A DNA stretch of 64,000 nt from an uncultured Chloroflexia bacterium (lineage in GTDB: Bacteria; Chloroflexota; Anaerolineae; JAAYZQ01), in NCBI GenBank assembly GCA_963700285.1, contig CAVOXA010000010.1:608001-672000 (forward strand). The letters are read 5' to 3'. The notes under the pieces were generated by a model. The model saw nothing but the letters and a program-made list of their open reading frames with translations, ran no database searches and was not told where the DNA came from. A program made the translations under genes and the position numbers. Shown here piece by piece: positions 35,794-47,981 of the stretch. Every line of letters begins with the position of its first letter. Position 1 is the first letter of the stretch.

Positions 35794-36374
35794 GTGAGAA
35801 CACGTTTGATGGCAATCACCCTGCTGGCGCTGATGCTAGCGTTCCCTGGGACACTACTTGCCCAGGAATCAGACCCGGAAGCACTGGTCAGATCTCTCTA
35901 TGAGGCATTGAACACAGGCGACATTGACGCAGCCCTGGCCTTCTACGCCGCCGACGCGGTCGAGAGCCTTGGCGACTTTGGTACGTTCTCGGGCAAGGAA
36001 GAGCTCCGTTCTTCCTTTGAAACCGAGGCAGCACGCAACGCAACCTGGGAGTTAGAGGACTTCCAGGTCGAGGGAGACACGGTCACCTTCACGAACCGCT
36101 ATACAAACAATAACCTGCGGGCCCTTGGTGTCACGCTTGAGGGCATTGAGGTAATCACGATCCAGGACGGCAAGTTCACGACGGATACCTGGACCGCGAC
36201 GGAGGAATCACTTGCAGCACTTCAGGCAGCCATGGCCGCCTTGCCGGAAACGGGGGGGAGGTCGTTCCGTTCCACGTTGCGGTTATGGCACTGGGCGGGC
36301 TGGCAGTCGCTGGCGGACTTGGCATGCAGTTGCTGCGCCGCCGTTCGTTCGATGCATCGCAGTCGAAGGGATGA
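35794..36374 (+). CDS. Secreted SnoaL/NTF2-like protein with LPETG sorting signal (frameshift in a G7 run)
   Basis: RBS AGGAGG, GTG start, signal peptide, LVRSLYEALNTGDIDAALAFYAADA, then LPETGG. Adding one G at 36252-36258 gives EVVPFHVAVMALGGLAVAGGLGMQLLRRRS...*. Confidence 0.75.
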
Positions 36375-36438
36375 AAGGCGTGTTGGAGAGACCAGGAGTT
36401 CAAGAGACGAATGCTGAGCTCCTGGTCTCCCGCCACCG

Positions 36439-36708
36439 ATGACAGCGCCATTAGCCGCAATGCGTCCTGAAGCCGAAAGTGCACCCATCGTGAGCGAACA
36501 GAGACAGCCGTACATGGCCTACCTGCTGCGCCTGTGGCGGGTTGGTAAGGAAGGTGAGGCAGCATGGCGGGCCTCCCTGGAGGACGCCCACACCGGCGAG
36601 CGCCAGGGCTTTACAAACCTGGCAACCCTGCTGGCGTTCCTGGAAGCAGAGACCGAGAGGAGCGAGTCAGCCGCCAGCACTCCGCCTGGCCCGCGTGCAC
36701 ACGGGTGA
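36439..36708 (+). CDS. Small hypothetical protein (YLLRLW...WRASLE...TGER.GF type)
   Basis: YMAYLLRLWRVG...WRASLEDAHTGERQGFTNLATLLAFLE resembles a recurrent small protein family; the start codon is uncertain. Confidence 0.6.
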   Translation: MTAPLAAMRPEAESAPIVSEQRQPYMAYLLRLWRVGKEGEAAWRASLEDAHTGERQGFTNLATLLAFLEAETERSESAASTPPGPRAHG

Positions 36709-36729
36709 CGGGGAGCCGGCGCCTGGACC

Positions 36730-36824
36730 CCGTAAGCCACGCCCACGGCATAGTGTTCCTCTTCCAGGCCACGCATGAGAAAGGCGGCGATCCGCCGCTC
36801 ATCTTCGACCACCAGGAAACGCAT
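36730..36824 (-). pseudogene. N-terminal fragment of an OmpR-type response regulator
   Basis: MRFLVVEDERRIAAFLMRGLEEEHYAVGVAYG, after which similarity is lost. Confidence 0.7.
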
Positions 36825-36895
36825 GGCGACTCCCTGTTGTTTGTTGCCTGTACCCAGCCGCTGCTCCAAAGTAGTTGGCCCGGTCACAGGATAAG

Positions 36896-38880
<1,985 letters not shown>

Positions 38881-38884
<4 letters not shown>

Positions 38885-40260
38885 TCCGCCACTGCAATCT
38901 CAAAGCCGACGACGACGAGCTGACCGGGCTCTATCTCACCGTCTGTGGGTGTGATTTCGACAAAGCCGTCCGCCGAGAGTCCGGGTTCGACGGTGACATA
39001 TTCCAGTGCGCCGTCTCTTTGTACCTGGACGCGCGACGAGCCGTCCGCGACCAGGGACAGGGCGCTGAGCGGCGCCGCGAGGACGGCGCCGCTGGTCGAT
39101 TCGACGGGGATGGTCAAGCGCAGGGAAAAGCCATCCAGCGTCAGAGGCGTCTCGTCAACCAGGACCTCAAAGTAGATGTGAAAGCCATCCACGCCTTCTG
39201 TGCCGGGGATGCCCGCCACGCGCGCCACGACGCCACTGGCCGTGATGCCCAGGTCGGGTTCGTCGATGGCCACGGCCATGCCGGGTTTGACCAGGGGGGC
39301 TTCTTCGAGCGGCAGGGAGGCGTCGATGGCCAACTGGTTGTTCGTCGCCAGCGCCACCGGGCCGACGGCCTCGTCGCCGACGGCGATTTCGGGCTGCTCG
39401 ATACGCACGGGCAGCGCGGGGACGAAGATCAGCTCGTCGGCGGGAACCCCCAGGCCGATGCGCGCCCGCGCCGCCTCGAGGTCGGCGGCGAGACGGGCGG
39501 CGTACTCGCTCAACCTCTGGGCCTCGCGCCCGGCAGCCGCCTGTTCGTCGAGGGCCGACTGGACGATGTATTCGCCAACCGCCGGGGGTTCGCCGACGGC
39601 CTGGGCGCGCGCCGCCTCGACGGCCAGCGGCGCGGCCGCGACGGTGTCCTGGGCGGCCAGTTTTTCGTTGGTCGCCAGGGCCAGGGTCTCTTCAAGGTCG
39701 CGGATTTGGGCCAGTTGGTCGGCGGTGGGGCCAAAAGGCTCGAATCCCGCCGAGGCATACCAGTCGCCCACCGCCAGCTCCGTCTGCTCGTCAAAGGCGC
39801 CGTCCAGCGGGCCGGGGTCAAAGCCGAGGCGCGTCAGTCCACGCTCCAGTTGCAGGACGTCCTCCCCGCTCACCCCCGGTGTGAGGTCGCGGTACACCGG
39901 AACGTCGCCTTGCAGGACAAAGACCGGCCGCCCGGAGGCGGTCAACAGCAAGTCGCCCTCGTCCAGTTGAGCTTCGCGCGCCGGCAGGGTGCTGATCACG
40001 CCGGGACCTGCTTTGAGCGCTGAAGGAACCAGCGTGAGCGACTGCGGCAGGCCAAAGCGGGCCGTGCCCCGGGTGACAACGTCGGAGGTGAGGACGCGCT
40101 TCTCGATGGGCACAAGAATCGGCGAGGGGGTGGGCGGCGCGGTCCGGGCCGCGACCTCGGCCGGGGATTGGATGCGCGAGCCGGCCAGCCAACTCCCCAC
40201 GGAGGCGACGACGACCACCCCCAGGAGGATGAACGCGGTGGTGATTTGTTTTCTGCTCAT
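38881..40260 (-). CDS. Membrane-fusion/adaptor protein with peptidoglycan-binding domain
   Basis: N-terminal TM, YRDLTPGVSGEDVLQLERGLTRLGFDPGPLDGAFD (PG_binding_1), coiled coil, VTVEPGLSADGFVEI; overlaps the ABC gene. Confidence 0.85.
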
Positions 40261-40289
40261 GGTTGCCTCTTGTACTCGACGGGAGTCTC

Positions 40290-40395
40290 GGTAAGCCCGA
40301 GGCGAAAGCCGCCGGACTGAGAGGGCAAAGCCCTTCGGGCTAATACCAGCCCTTTCACGGGCTTTGCTCGCTCCACCCGGAGTCCAATTTACTGG
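40290..40395. repeat. REP-like nested palindromes
   Basis: GCAAAGCCCTTCGGGCT...AGCCCTTTCACGGGCTTTGC intergenic inverted repeats. Confidence 0.45.
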
Positions 40396-41429
40396 GGCGG
40401 ATCGGCGTACAACTCGCGCTCGATGCGGTCTTCGACAGGCTCGATGATCTTGGTCTCGCAATCAAAGGTGACGATGCCAACGGCCAGCTCTTCGGCGCGC
40501 AGCGCTTCGAGGGCGGCCCGGGCGTCGGGCGACAGGGATTCGACCGGCAGGCCGCCGGTGATTTCAGCCAGGCGCCGGCGAAAGTCCGGCTCGATGTCGT
40601 CGGGATGGGCGTAGTCAAAGCCGGCGGCTCGCACGCACTCGGTAAATTTCGTGATGGCGGCGGCCATGCGCGGATCCTGGCGGATCAAAACATCCAGAGG
40701 ATTATAGTAGCTGGCGCTCATTTGCTCGGGGGTAAAGACCTGCTCGATGGCCTGGCGCGTGCAGCCCCCGGTACGGGAAAAGTCCTCGATTTCGAGGGCC
40801 ACGGCAAAGGTGGCGTCGCTATGCTCACCAAAGAGGGTATGATTGTAGGCCACCTGGTCGGTGGGCGACAGGCTGTTAAAAATCTGCACGTTTTGTTCCC
40901 CCAGGCCAAGTTTGGCCGGGATCGTCTCGGCGGCCAATTGCGGGGCCAGGCCGGTGTAGAGCGTCGAAACGCCAAAGCCATGGCGGGCGATGAATTGTCG
41001 CTCAGTCAAGCCGGGCAGAGATTTGTCGGCGGTCATGCCCCGGCGCACGGTGTGGTAATCGGCGGCGACGTACTCGAAGCCGGCATCCTGCATACAGGCG
41101 GCAATCAGCGACTCAACCTTCTCGATGTTGGTTACGAGTTCTGCCCACGTCATGCCAAACTCCTCGCCCCCGGGCAGCCCCGCCACGGACGCGCCGCTGG
41201 TCTGCACCAAGAGCCCCTTGATTTCCTTGACCGGGCCGCAGGCCGAGAGGAACAGGCCGAAACTGAGGACGAGCCCCACGAGCACTTGTTTCTTTCGACC
41301 ACGCCGCGCAAGCTTTTGTAACCCATAAAGCAGGGACAGGGCAATCGGCAATCCCAGCGCCACCGGCAGCACACCGGCTTCTGGGTTCAGACCGGGTTCG
41401 ATGACCTCAGTATTCTGGTGCCTCTTCAT
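40389..41429 (-). CDS. Putative lipoprotein associated with the ABC system
   Basis: LSAC lipobox-like motif; paired IAACMQDAGFEY / FTECVRAAGFDY motifs. Confidence 0.75.
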   Translation of the reverse strand: MKRHQNTEVIEPGLNPEAGVLPVALGLPIALSLLYGLQKLARRGRKKQVLVGLVLSFGLFLSACGPVKEIKGLLVQTSGASVAGLPGGEEFGMTWAELVTNIEKVESLIAACMQDAGFEYVAADYHTVRRGMTADKSLPGLTERQFIARHGFGVSTLYTGLAPQLAAETIPAKLGLGEQNVQIFNSLSPTDQVAYNHTLFGEHSDATFAVALEIEDFSRTGGCTRQAIEQVFTPEQMSASYYNPLDVLIRQDPRMAAAITKFTECVRAAGFDYAHPDDIEPDFRRRLAEITGGLPVESLSPDARAALEALRAEELAVGIVTFDCETKIIEPVEDRIERELYADPPQ

Positions 41430-42031
41430 GATTTTACATCCTCCGTGAGTTGAAAGAAAATGTCCTGCAAACGGTTGCCGCTATCGGCGTCGAAATTCAG
41501 CACCGGGATTCCAGCCTGCACCAAGGCGTATGACACACGGTTTTTGAGTTGCACATCGGCGGGGGTGTTTTTGCCGATGCTGTGTTCGATTTGCAGTTCC
41601 AACACGTCGCTTTTGCCGCCGTTCTGGAAAAAGTCCTTCTCCGGCAACCCGACTTCTTTCAGCAGGGCGACGGCGTTTTCCTTCGCCTGGGCGGGCTTGC
41701 GCCTATAGTGCTGGCCGAAATAGGCCAGGAATTCCACGCCGGTCATCTGTGGCGGAAAGCCCAGGCTCTCCGGCAGGACGCCAATTTTGCGGCGGATCTG
41801 TTCCGGGTGAGCGGAGCTGTCGCCGCCCACCTGGAACTGCCCCAAGGCCGGTTCGAGTATTGTCGTCAGAATGGGGATGGCAGTCGTCTTTCCGGCGCCA
41901 ATTGGTCCCCAAAAGTCCAGGATGCGTCCAACCTGTAGCAAAAAGGACAAACCACGCAGGGCCGGTTTGCCATCGTGGTTTTTGGTCAGGTTTTCGGCGA
42001 CCAGGATTTGGGAATCATTGGTTGGCATCAC
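41426..42031 (-). pseudogene. Internally deleted ABC ATPase
   Basis: Degenerate Walker A (GPIGAGKTT); the ABC signature and Walker B are absent. Confidence 0.7.
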
Positions 42032-42159
42032 AAATCTCTTTTGTCAGCAGTTCGCCTTTGCCTTTTTTCAGAGAACGTTCTGAGCTCATCATAGACCGCC
42101 CAGATTACAGGATGATGAGAGTTTCATGAGAAATCTTTCATTTCAGGTCTGGCCAAAGC

Positions 42160-42640
42160 GCTACTCCGCCGTGAAGAACGTGCCCCCCGTGAGGGTCTGG
42201 TTGCCGCTTCCTCCAGGGCCAGGATTTCGAGTTCGTACAGCGTGCCCGGCTCAAGGAATTCGGTGGGCACGGCCGGGCTGTTGCGATCGGGGGGCAGGTG
42301 TACATCGTGATCGGGCAGGAGAACCCGTACGGGTCGTCGTGCTCGACCTTGGTGATGATGACCTCGTAGCCGCTGATCGCCACCGGCGTGCCCTCCACGG
42401 TTTCGGTCATGTCTTCCCATTGGATCACCATGCCGTCGGTGGACACCACCACATCCCCGGCCTCTTCCTCGTCGGCCATTGCCGGGTAGACGAGGGCGGC
42501 AGCGCGGGCACAGCGCAGGAGAAGGGGCCTCGCCGATCAGGCTCGCGCCGTCGTACGAAAGGGCATGCACCTCGTACAGGCCCTCCGGGAAGCCCTTGAG
42601 GTCCTCGAAAGAGAATTCCTCGATGGATGTCTCCCGGCTC
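42160..42640 (-). pseudogene. Frameshifted fragment of an unknown acidic protein
   Basis: Protein-like pieces in different frames (FPEGLYEVHALSYDG; VIQWEDMTETV...GYEVII; VPTEFLEPGTLYELEILALEE). Confidence 0.45.
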
Positions 42641-42680
42641 TCAGAATTCAGAATAGGCCATACAGCCGTTGGGTATACAC

Positions 42681-44470
42681 TCACCCTTCCAGCCGCGCAT
42701 ACTCCTCGTCGATCACGCTCTCGTCCAGCTTCTTGAACAGCGGCGCCGGCTGGCGCAGCGCCTGCCCCGGCGGCAGTTCACTCGGCGCCCAGGTGCCGAT
42801 GGCCCCGCTGTGGTCGTAGGTCAGCGCCAGGTGGCTGCGCGTCTCTTCCTGGTACTCGACCACGTGCTGCGTGCCAAAGAGCTGGCCGTCGTAGCCCAGG
42901 TACTCGTGGAGCTGCTGCGCCGTGTGGGGCAGGATGGGCGCCAGGATCGTCTTCAGGTTGTCCACGACCCGCAGGATGACGTACACCGTCGTCGCCGCGG
43001 CGGCCTGGTCCTCCTTGATCTGGAACCAGGGCGCCTTGCGGTCCAGGTAGCCGTTGGCCTCGCGGGCCAGGGCCAGCGCCTCGCCCAGGGCGGCGCGGAA
43101 CTTGCAGGCGTCGTACAGGTCGCCCACGGTCTCGAAGCCAGCCTCGACCTTGGCCAGCAGCGCGCGGTCCTCGTCGTCCAGCTCGCCCGGCTCGGCACCT
43201 GGCCGTCAAAGCGCTTGTAGGCAAAGCTCAGCATGCGGTTGGCCAGGTTGCCCCAGGTGGCCACCAGCTCGTTGTTGTTGCGCTCGACGAAATCCTCCCA
43301 GGAGAACTCGGTGTCGCGCGTCTCGGGCGCGATGGCGGTCAGGTAGAAGCGCAGCGGCGTCGGGGTCGTACTTGCTCAGGAAGTAGGGCACGTCCACGGC
43401 ACGCGCCCCGGCTCTTGGAGAACTTGCCCCCTCGAAAGTTCAGATACTCGTTGGCAGGCACATCGTAGGGCAGGTTCAACTGCGCCTCGCAGTCCTCGCA
43501 GTACAGCCGCCCCACGGCCAGCAGCTCCGCCGGCCAGATGACGGTGTGGAAGGGGATGTTGTCCTTGCCGATAAAGTTGTAGATCCGCGCCTCGGGATCG
43601 TACCACCACTCCTGCCAGGCGTCGGGCGTGCCCTGGTTCTTGGCCCACTCGACGCTGGCCGAAAAGTAGCCGATGACCGCCTCGAACCAGACGTAGAGGC
43701 ACTTGCCCTCGTAGCCCGGCAGCGGCATCGGGATGCCCCAGTCGATGTCGCGGGTGATGGGCCGCCCGTGCAGGTCCTTGACATAGTTGCGGGCAAAGTT
43801 GATGACGTTGGGCCGCCAGTGGTCCTTGTCGTCGCAGATAGTCGCCCAGCTCCTCGCTGAGCTTGGCCAGGTCGAGGAAGTAGTGCTCGGTCTCGCGCAG
43901 TCTCCAGGTCGGTGTCGCCGCTGGCCTTGCTGCGCGGGTTGATCAGCTCGGTCGGCTCCAGCAGCTTGCCGCAGTTGTCGCACTGGTCGCCGCGGGCGTC
44001 GGGATAGCCGCAGTGAGGGCACTCGCCCTCCACGTAGCGGTCGGGCAGGAAGCGCCCCTCCTGCGGGCTGTAGAGCTGCTGCTGCACCTCCTTGTACAGG
44101 TAGCCGTTCTCCAGAAGCCGCAGGAAAGATGTCCTGCGAGACCCGGTGGTGGTTCTCGGTGTCGGTGTGGGTGAACAGGTCAAAGGTCAGGCCGATCTGC
44201 TGGTAGGTCTCCAGGAAGGTCTGGTGGTAGCGCTCAAAGATCTCCCGCGGCGAGACGCCCTCCTCGTCGGCGCGGACGGTGATGGGCGTGCCGTGGGCGT
44301 CGGAGCCGGAGACCATCAGCACGTCGTTGCCCATCAGTCGGTGGTAGCGGGCAAAGATATCGGGCGGCAGGTAGGCGCCGGCCAGGTGCCCCAGGTGTTG
44401 GTACGCCGTTGGCGTAGGGCCAGGCCACGCCGATCAGGATTTTGCGGTGTTGCACACCGTTGGCCATCAT
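42681..44470 (-). CDS. metG: Methionine--tRNA ligase, interrupted by about seven single-base frameshifts
   Basis: [21 protein letters not shown], Zn knuckle CPHC...[38 protein letters not shown] and GNLANR, spread over shifting frames; RBS GAAAGGAG. Confidence 0.92.
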
Positions 44471-44483
44471 CGTTCTCCTTTCA

Positions 44484-46354
44484 ATCGAGTAGGGGGCGGC
44501 GGCTAACCGCCCCCTCTCACACCACCGGACATGCGGGTCCGCATCCGGCGGTTCGTCAAGCTTGACGCAGTTGCCGGTATCGCTGCCCAATGCCCTCCAG
44601 CCCCAACTTCTGCCAGTAGGCATTACTCATAGCTTCCTTCACCACCGGTGTTCTGGACATCCGCCACGGACTCGTTCCCACTGCGCCCAGGGCTGCTCGC
44701 TCTCGCGGTACTCCCAAAGCCACTAGCGCTCGGTAGCGGGTCCGTCCCCGTTTCCATCGTTTCCAGACCATCTGCCTCAGCCTGCGTCTTATCCAACTGT
44801 CAAGGCCGTCAAAGACGCTGGGTGTATCTGCCAGTCGAAAGTATCCGATCCAGCCTCGTACATACTGGTTCACTTCTCGGATTACTTCCTCCAGTTTCCC
44901 CGAGCGGGTTCGTCGCGTCAGCCGCCGTAGCCTCCAACGAAAGCGTTGCAGCGATTTGGTTGCGACTCGGATTCGCACTTCTCCCCGGTACTTGTAGAAA
45001 CTAAACCCCAGGAACTTGACCTTACTCGCCCGGTCCACCTTGCTCTTCTGGCGATTCACCTTCAGCTTCAGCTTCTTTTCCAGAAACTGGACCACACTGC
45101 CCATCACTCGCTCACCTGCCCGCCGCGTTTTCACATAGATGTTGCAGTCGTCGGCATACCGCACAAACTTGTGCCCTCGCTTCTCCAGTTCCTTGTCCAG
45201 GTCGTCGAGCATGATGTTCGACAGCAGCGGTGACAGTGGCCCGCCTTGCGGCGTCCCTTCTTCCGTTTCCATCACTACCCCGTTGACCATCACCCCCGAT
45301 TCCAGGTAGGCCCGGATCAGCTTCAGCACTCGTTTGTCTTTCACCACACGCGCCACTCGGGCCATCAGCATATCGTGGTTCACCCGGTCGAAGAACTTTT
45401 CCAGGTCGATATCCACCACCCAGTCGTACCCTTCTTGCACGTACCCCTGGGCCTGCTTCATGGCACCGTGCGCACTCCGCCCTGGTCGAAACCCATAGCT
45501 GTGTGGAGAAAAGTGCGGCTCAAACAGCGGTGTCAGAACTTGGGCTATGGCTTGTTGGATGAAGCGGTCCACCACCGTCGGTATCCCAAGCTGCCGCTCC
45601 CCGCCATCCGGTTTCGGTATCCCTACCCGGCGCACGGGGCTCGGCCGATACCGCCCTCCGTCCAGAGCTTCCCGTATCTCAAGCCAGTGGTTGATGAGGT
45701 ACGGTCGCAGCTCTTCCACCGTCATCCCATCTACCCACGGCGCGCCCCGGTTGCTCTCGACTCGTTGCAGAGCTCGTAGCAAATTCTGTCTTTCCCAGAC
45801 CTGCTCCCACAACCCTACGCCTGCGTTGGATTGCCCTTCGTCTCGTGCCGGAGATTGCTCGACCCTCTGGTCAGTCCCCAGCGGCTTCACCCCCTTCCCC
45901 TGTCCAGTAGTACCCCTATCCGGGGCAGTCTGTCTTCTGGGCTCATCTCGCGAACTGCTCAAAGGTCCTCCTACTTGACGTTCAGCCCTTCCCAGCCAAT
46001 GCAGCTGGTACTATGGCCTCTGCTGACTCCTGCCGCCTCAGCCTGGCCTCTCGACCAGGGTTACCATCTGCATGGCTTGACGGCAGGTCTCCCCAGGTAA
46101 GAACGTTGACTTTCCCTGCACACTTGCCCCATTTACTGCTTTGGCCTTTGATTGCATCGGGCTTCGTTGTCTCTTGCCAACTCGCCCGGCCGCACAGCCT
46201 CCTATGTGGTTCGTGTTCCTCAAGTCGCAGGTTTGCCTCCGGCTTCCTTCAGACCCCGCCTCGACGGCGACGCCCTTGCCCTTGGCTAACGGTTGGTGCA
46301 ATCAACCTCCGTAAGGGACTTTCACCCTCTAGTCAACGCCCATGCTGGGCGCAC
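44484..46354 (-). mobile_element. Group IIC intron
   Basis: 5' end GTGCGCCCAGCATGGGCG directly after a hairpin plus T6; domain V GAACCGCCGGATGCGGACCCGCATGTCCGGTGG (CGC triad); domain VI ending CCCCCTACTCGAT. Confidence 0.93.
44556..45962 (-). CDS. ltrA: Group II intron reverse transcriptase/maturase (no endonuclease domain)
   Basis: RQLGIPTVVDR, SYGFRPGRSAH, DIDLEKFFD, GTPQGGPLSPLL, RYADD, FLGF, GWIGYF; RBS AGGAGG before TTG. Confidence 0.96.
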   Translation of the reverse strand: MSSSRDEPRRQTAPDRGTTGQGKGVKPLGTDQRVEQSPARDEGQSNAGVGLWEQVWERQNLLRALQRVESNRGAPWVDGMTVEELRPYLINHWLEIREALDGGRYRPSPVRRVGIPKPDGGERQLGIPTVVDRFIQQAIAQVLTPLFEPHFSPHSYGFRPGRSAHGAMKQAQGYVQEGYDWVVDIDLEKFFDRVNHDMLMARVARVVKDKRVLKLIRAYLESGVMVNGVVMETEEGTPQGGPLSPLLSNIMLDDLDKELEKRGHKFVRYADDCNIYVKTRRAGERVMGSVVQFLEKKLKLKVNRQKSKVDRASKVKFLGFSFYKYRGEVRIRVATKSLQRFRWRLRRLTRRTRSGKLEEVIREVNQYVRGWIGYFRLADTPSVFDGLDSWIRRRLRQMVWKRWKRGRTRYRALVALGVPRERAALGAVGTSPWRMSRTPVVKEAMSNAYWQKLGLEGIGQRYRQLRQA

Positions 46355-46385
46355 AAAAAACGAGCGGGGGGGGGTCCCCTCGCTC
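46355..46385 (-). terminator. Intrinsic terminator of the metG leader (intron target site)
   Basis: GAGCGAGGGGA-CCCCCCCCCGCTC-GTTTTTT on the minus strand. Confidence 0.8.
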
Positions 46386-46437
46386 TGGGTTAGACAGTCT
46401 GAATGGGTTCCGTGCGCGGAACCGGACGGCAAGGGAT

Positions 46438-46548
46438 TCAACCTGGTCTGAACATGGTCTGTGTCTGGGGGAGGGCCCCCATGAAACCCTTCGCCGCCGA
46501 TATCGGGCGGGCAGTATGCTGTTGCCAGTACCTATTCCGGTAGAACAT
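46438..46548 (-). CDS. Candidate 36-aa leader peptide
   Basis: GAGGAG-ATT-ATG; MFYRNRYWQQHTARPISAAKGFMGALPQTQTMFRPG*. Confidence 0.3.
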   Translation of the reverse strand: MFYRNRYWQQHTARPISAAKGFMGALPQTQTMFRPG

Positions 46549-46631
46549 AATCTCCTCTACCATTCTGAGATGAGCCCCTTCAGGTTCAGCACTGCCCAGT
46601 TCCTCTCTCCGCAGACTTGCCGGACAACGCC

Positions 46632-46660
46632 ATTCTACCACAGTTCAACAAAGAGCGCAA
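46632..46660 (-). promoter_or_regulatory. Sigma-70 promoter of the metG leader
   Basis: TTGCGC-17-TAGAAT with an extended TG motif. Confidence 0.6.
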
Positions 46661-46671
46661 GTACTCACCAC

Positions 46672-47851
46672 AGCGGGCTTTCGAAGCTGAACTGAAGCCC
46701 ACTATCAACCCCAGGGTTTTCGCCCGAGTCCCCTGGTCAGCCCACCGGGGCCGCCCTTTTCCGCCAGGCGCAAGCGGGATGCCGAGACAGTCTGGTGCGA
46801 CTCATGGCAGCGCACGAGGGTTTAGTCCACGCCGTCGTGCGGAAGCAGGTCTTGGGCGACCTGCCGTTTGCCGAGGCCTTGCAGGCGGGTCGCCTTGGCT
46901 TGTAGCACGCCATCCTGGGCTTTGATCCCGAGCAGAGAACAGCCTTTTCCACCTACACCTGGACCCCCATTATGCACCACGTCTGGCGAGAGGTCAAGCT
47001 TGCCGAGCCAGCGTGTGACGTTTACGGTGTTTGCCAGGAGACATGGCAGGTATGGATCAGGCCGTAAATTCGACCTAGCACATTCGGCGACACACAGACG
47101 CCGAGTCTCACGCCCACGGCAATGTCGGAGAGCGGGTGGGTGGCGGCCGGCCTGCAGGTACGCATCACCTTCGACGAGGGGTCGGGCGCCGCCGTCCACA
47201 ACACCTTGGGCGTAGGCACCGTGCTGGCCTTGGGCATCGGAGAACCTAACAACTGATCTGGGAGAGGATCTTCGGCTCTGAAGATGACACCGAATCCAGG
47301 GGATTGATCGAATCAGACCTAGACGGATTCGGGCAGAGACCTGGCCGAACCGGAAGGCAAGATGGCAACTGGGTGGATACGGTCAGCCGAGAGCCGCAAA
47401 AGCACCTTGGAGCGGTTGGGGTTCAAGCGAATGCTGGTGCACGGGCTACCTCCTGGCCACGTGACCAGCCTGCAGGGTGGCTTTGGCTAACCACAACACC
47501 CTGGTCCGGCTCATCCGCGAGGCGACCGCTTTCAGGTAGCCTCGACGGCTTGAGCCGTTCTACCGCTCCCCTCTCAGTCTTGTTTCTGCGTGGGGGATTG
47601 CCCCCTGCCACCAGCCTCCACTTCTGCTTCTTATCCGGCATGTATGAGGCTTGGGACACGGGTCTCCCGATCTTGGCTGCTTGGGCACCCCCGTTCTTGC
47701 CCGATCCACTGTGCAACTGCGGCCCCCACATTCGCCCGCACACTCCTGCCACCCAGACCCCTGTGCCGCTTACCCCAATATCTGGGCCAGCAGCCGGGAG
47801 CTACCCCGCATATTGTGCCCGTGGCCCCTCAACCCGCTGCGAAAGCCCCCT
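46672..47851. mobile_element. Decayed element bounded by imperfect terminal inverted repeats
   Basis: AGCGGGCTTTCGAAGC (46672-46687) versus GCTGCGAAAGCCCCCT (47836-47851); the interior holds only gene fragments. Confidence 0.45.
46759..47010 (+). pseudogene. Sigma-70 region 2 fragment
   Basis: Manual translation FRQAQAGCRDSLVRLMAAHEGLVHAVVRKQ...ALQAGRLGL*HAILGFDPEQRTAFSTY; TAG at 46903-46905. Confidence 0.7.
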
Positions 47852-47862
47852 AGAAACAGAGT

Positions 47863-47891
47863 TTGTCAAGACTCCTGTCTTGGGGTATACT
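47863..47891 (+). promoter_or_regulatory. Sigma-70 promoter with a palindrome in the spacer
   Basis: TTGTCA-17-TATACT; CAAGAC-TCCT-GTCTTG overlaps the -35 and spacer. Confidence 0.65.
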
Positions 47892-47981
47892 GTTCCGGCG
47901 CTTGCAGTCCGCTCCGCGCGGGGTTTTGCGCGCACCGCATGGATGCTCAAGCGTTCGTACTTGACAGTGAGGAGTTACTGG

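Noticed and set aside
46355-46630. Canonical T-box or SAM-I riboswitch, or 6S RNA, upstream of metG
   Set aside because: No UGGNACC antiterminator bulge, SAM-I core or convincing 6S long hairpin could be identified by eye. Kept only as an unassigned leader.
47304-47981. N-terminal extension of the GT2 ORF
   Set aside because: The sequence is not protein-like; a promoter at 47863-47891 and an RBS before TTG 47982 indicate the later start.
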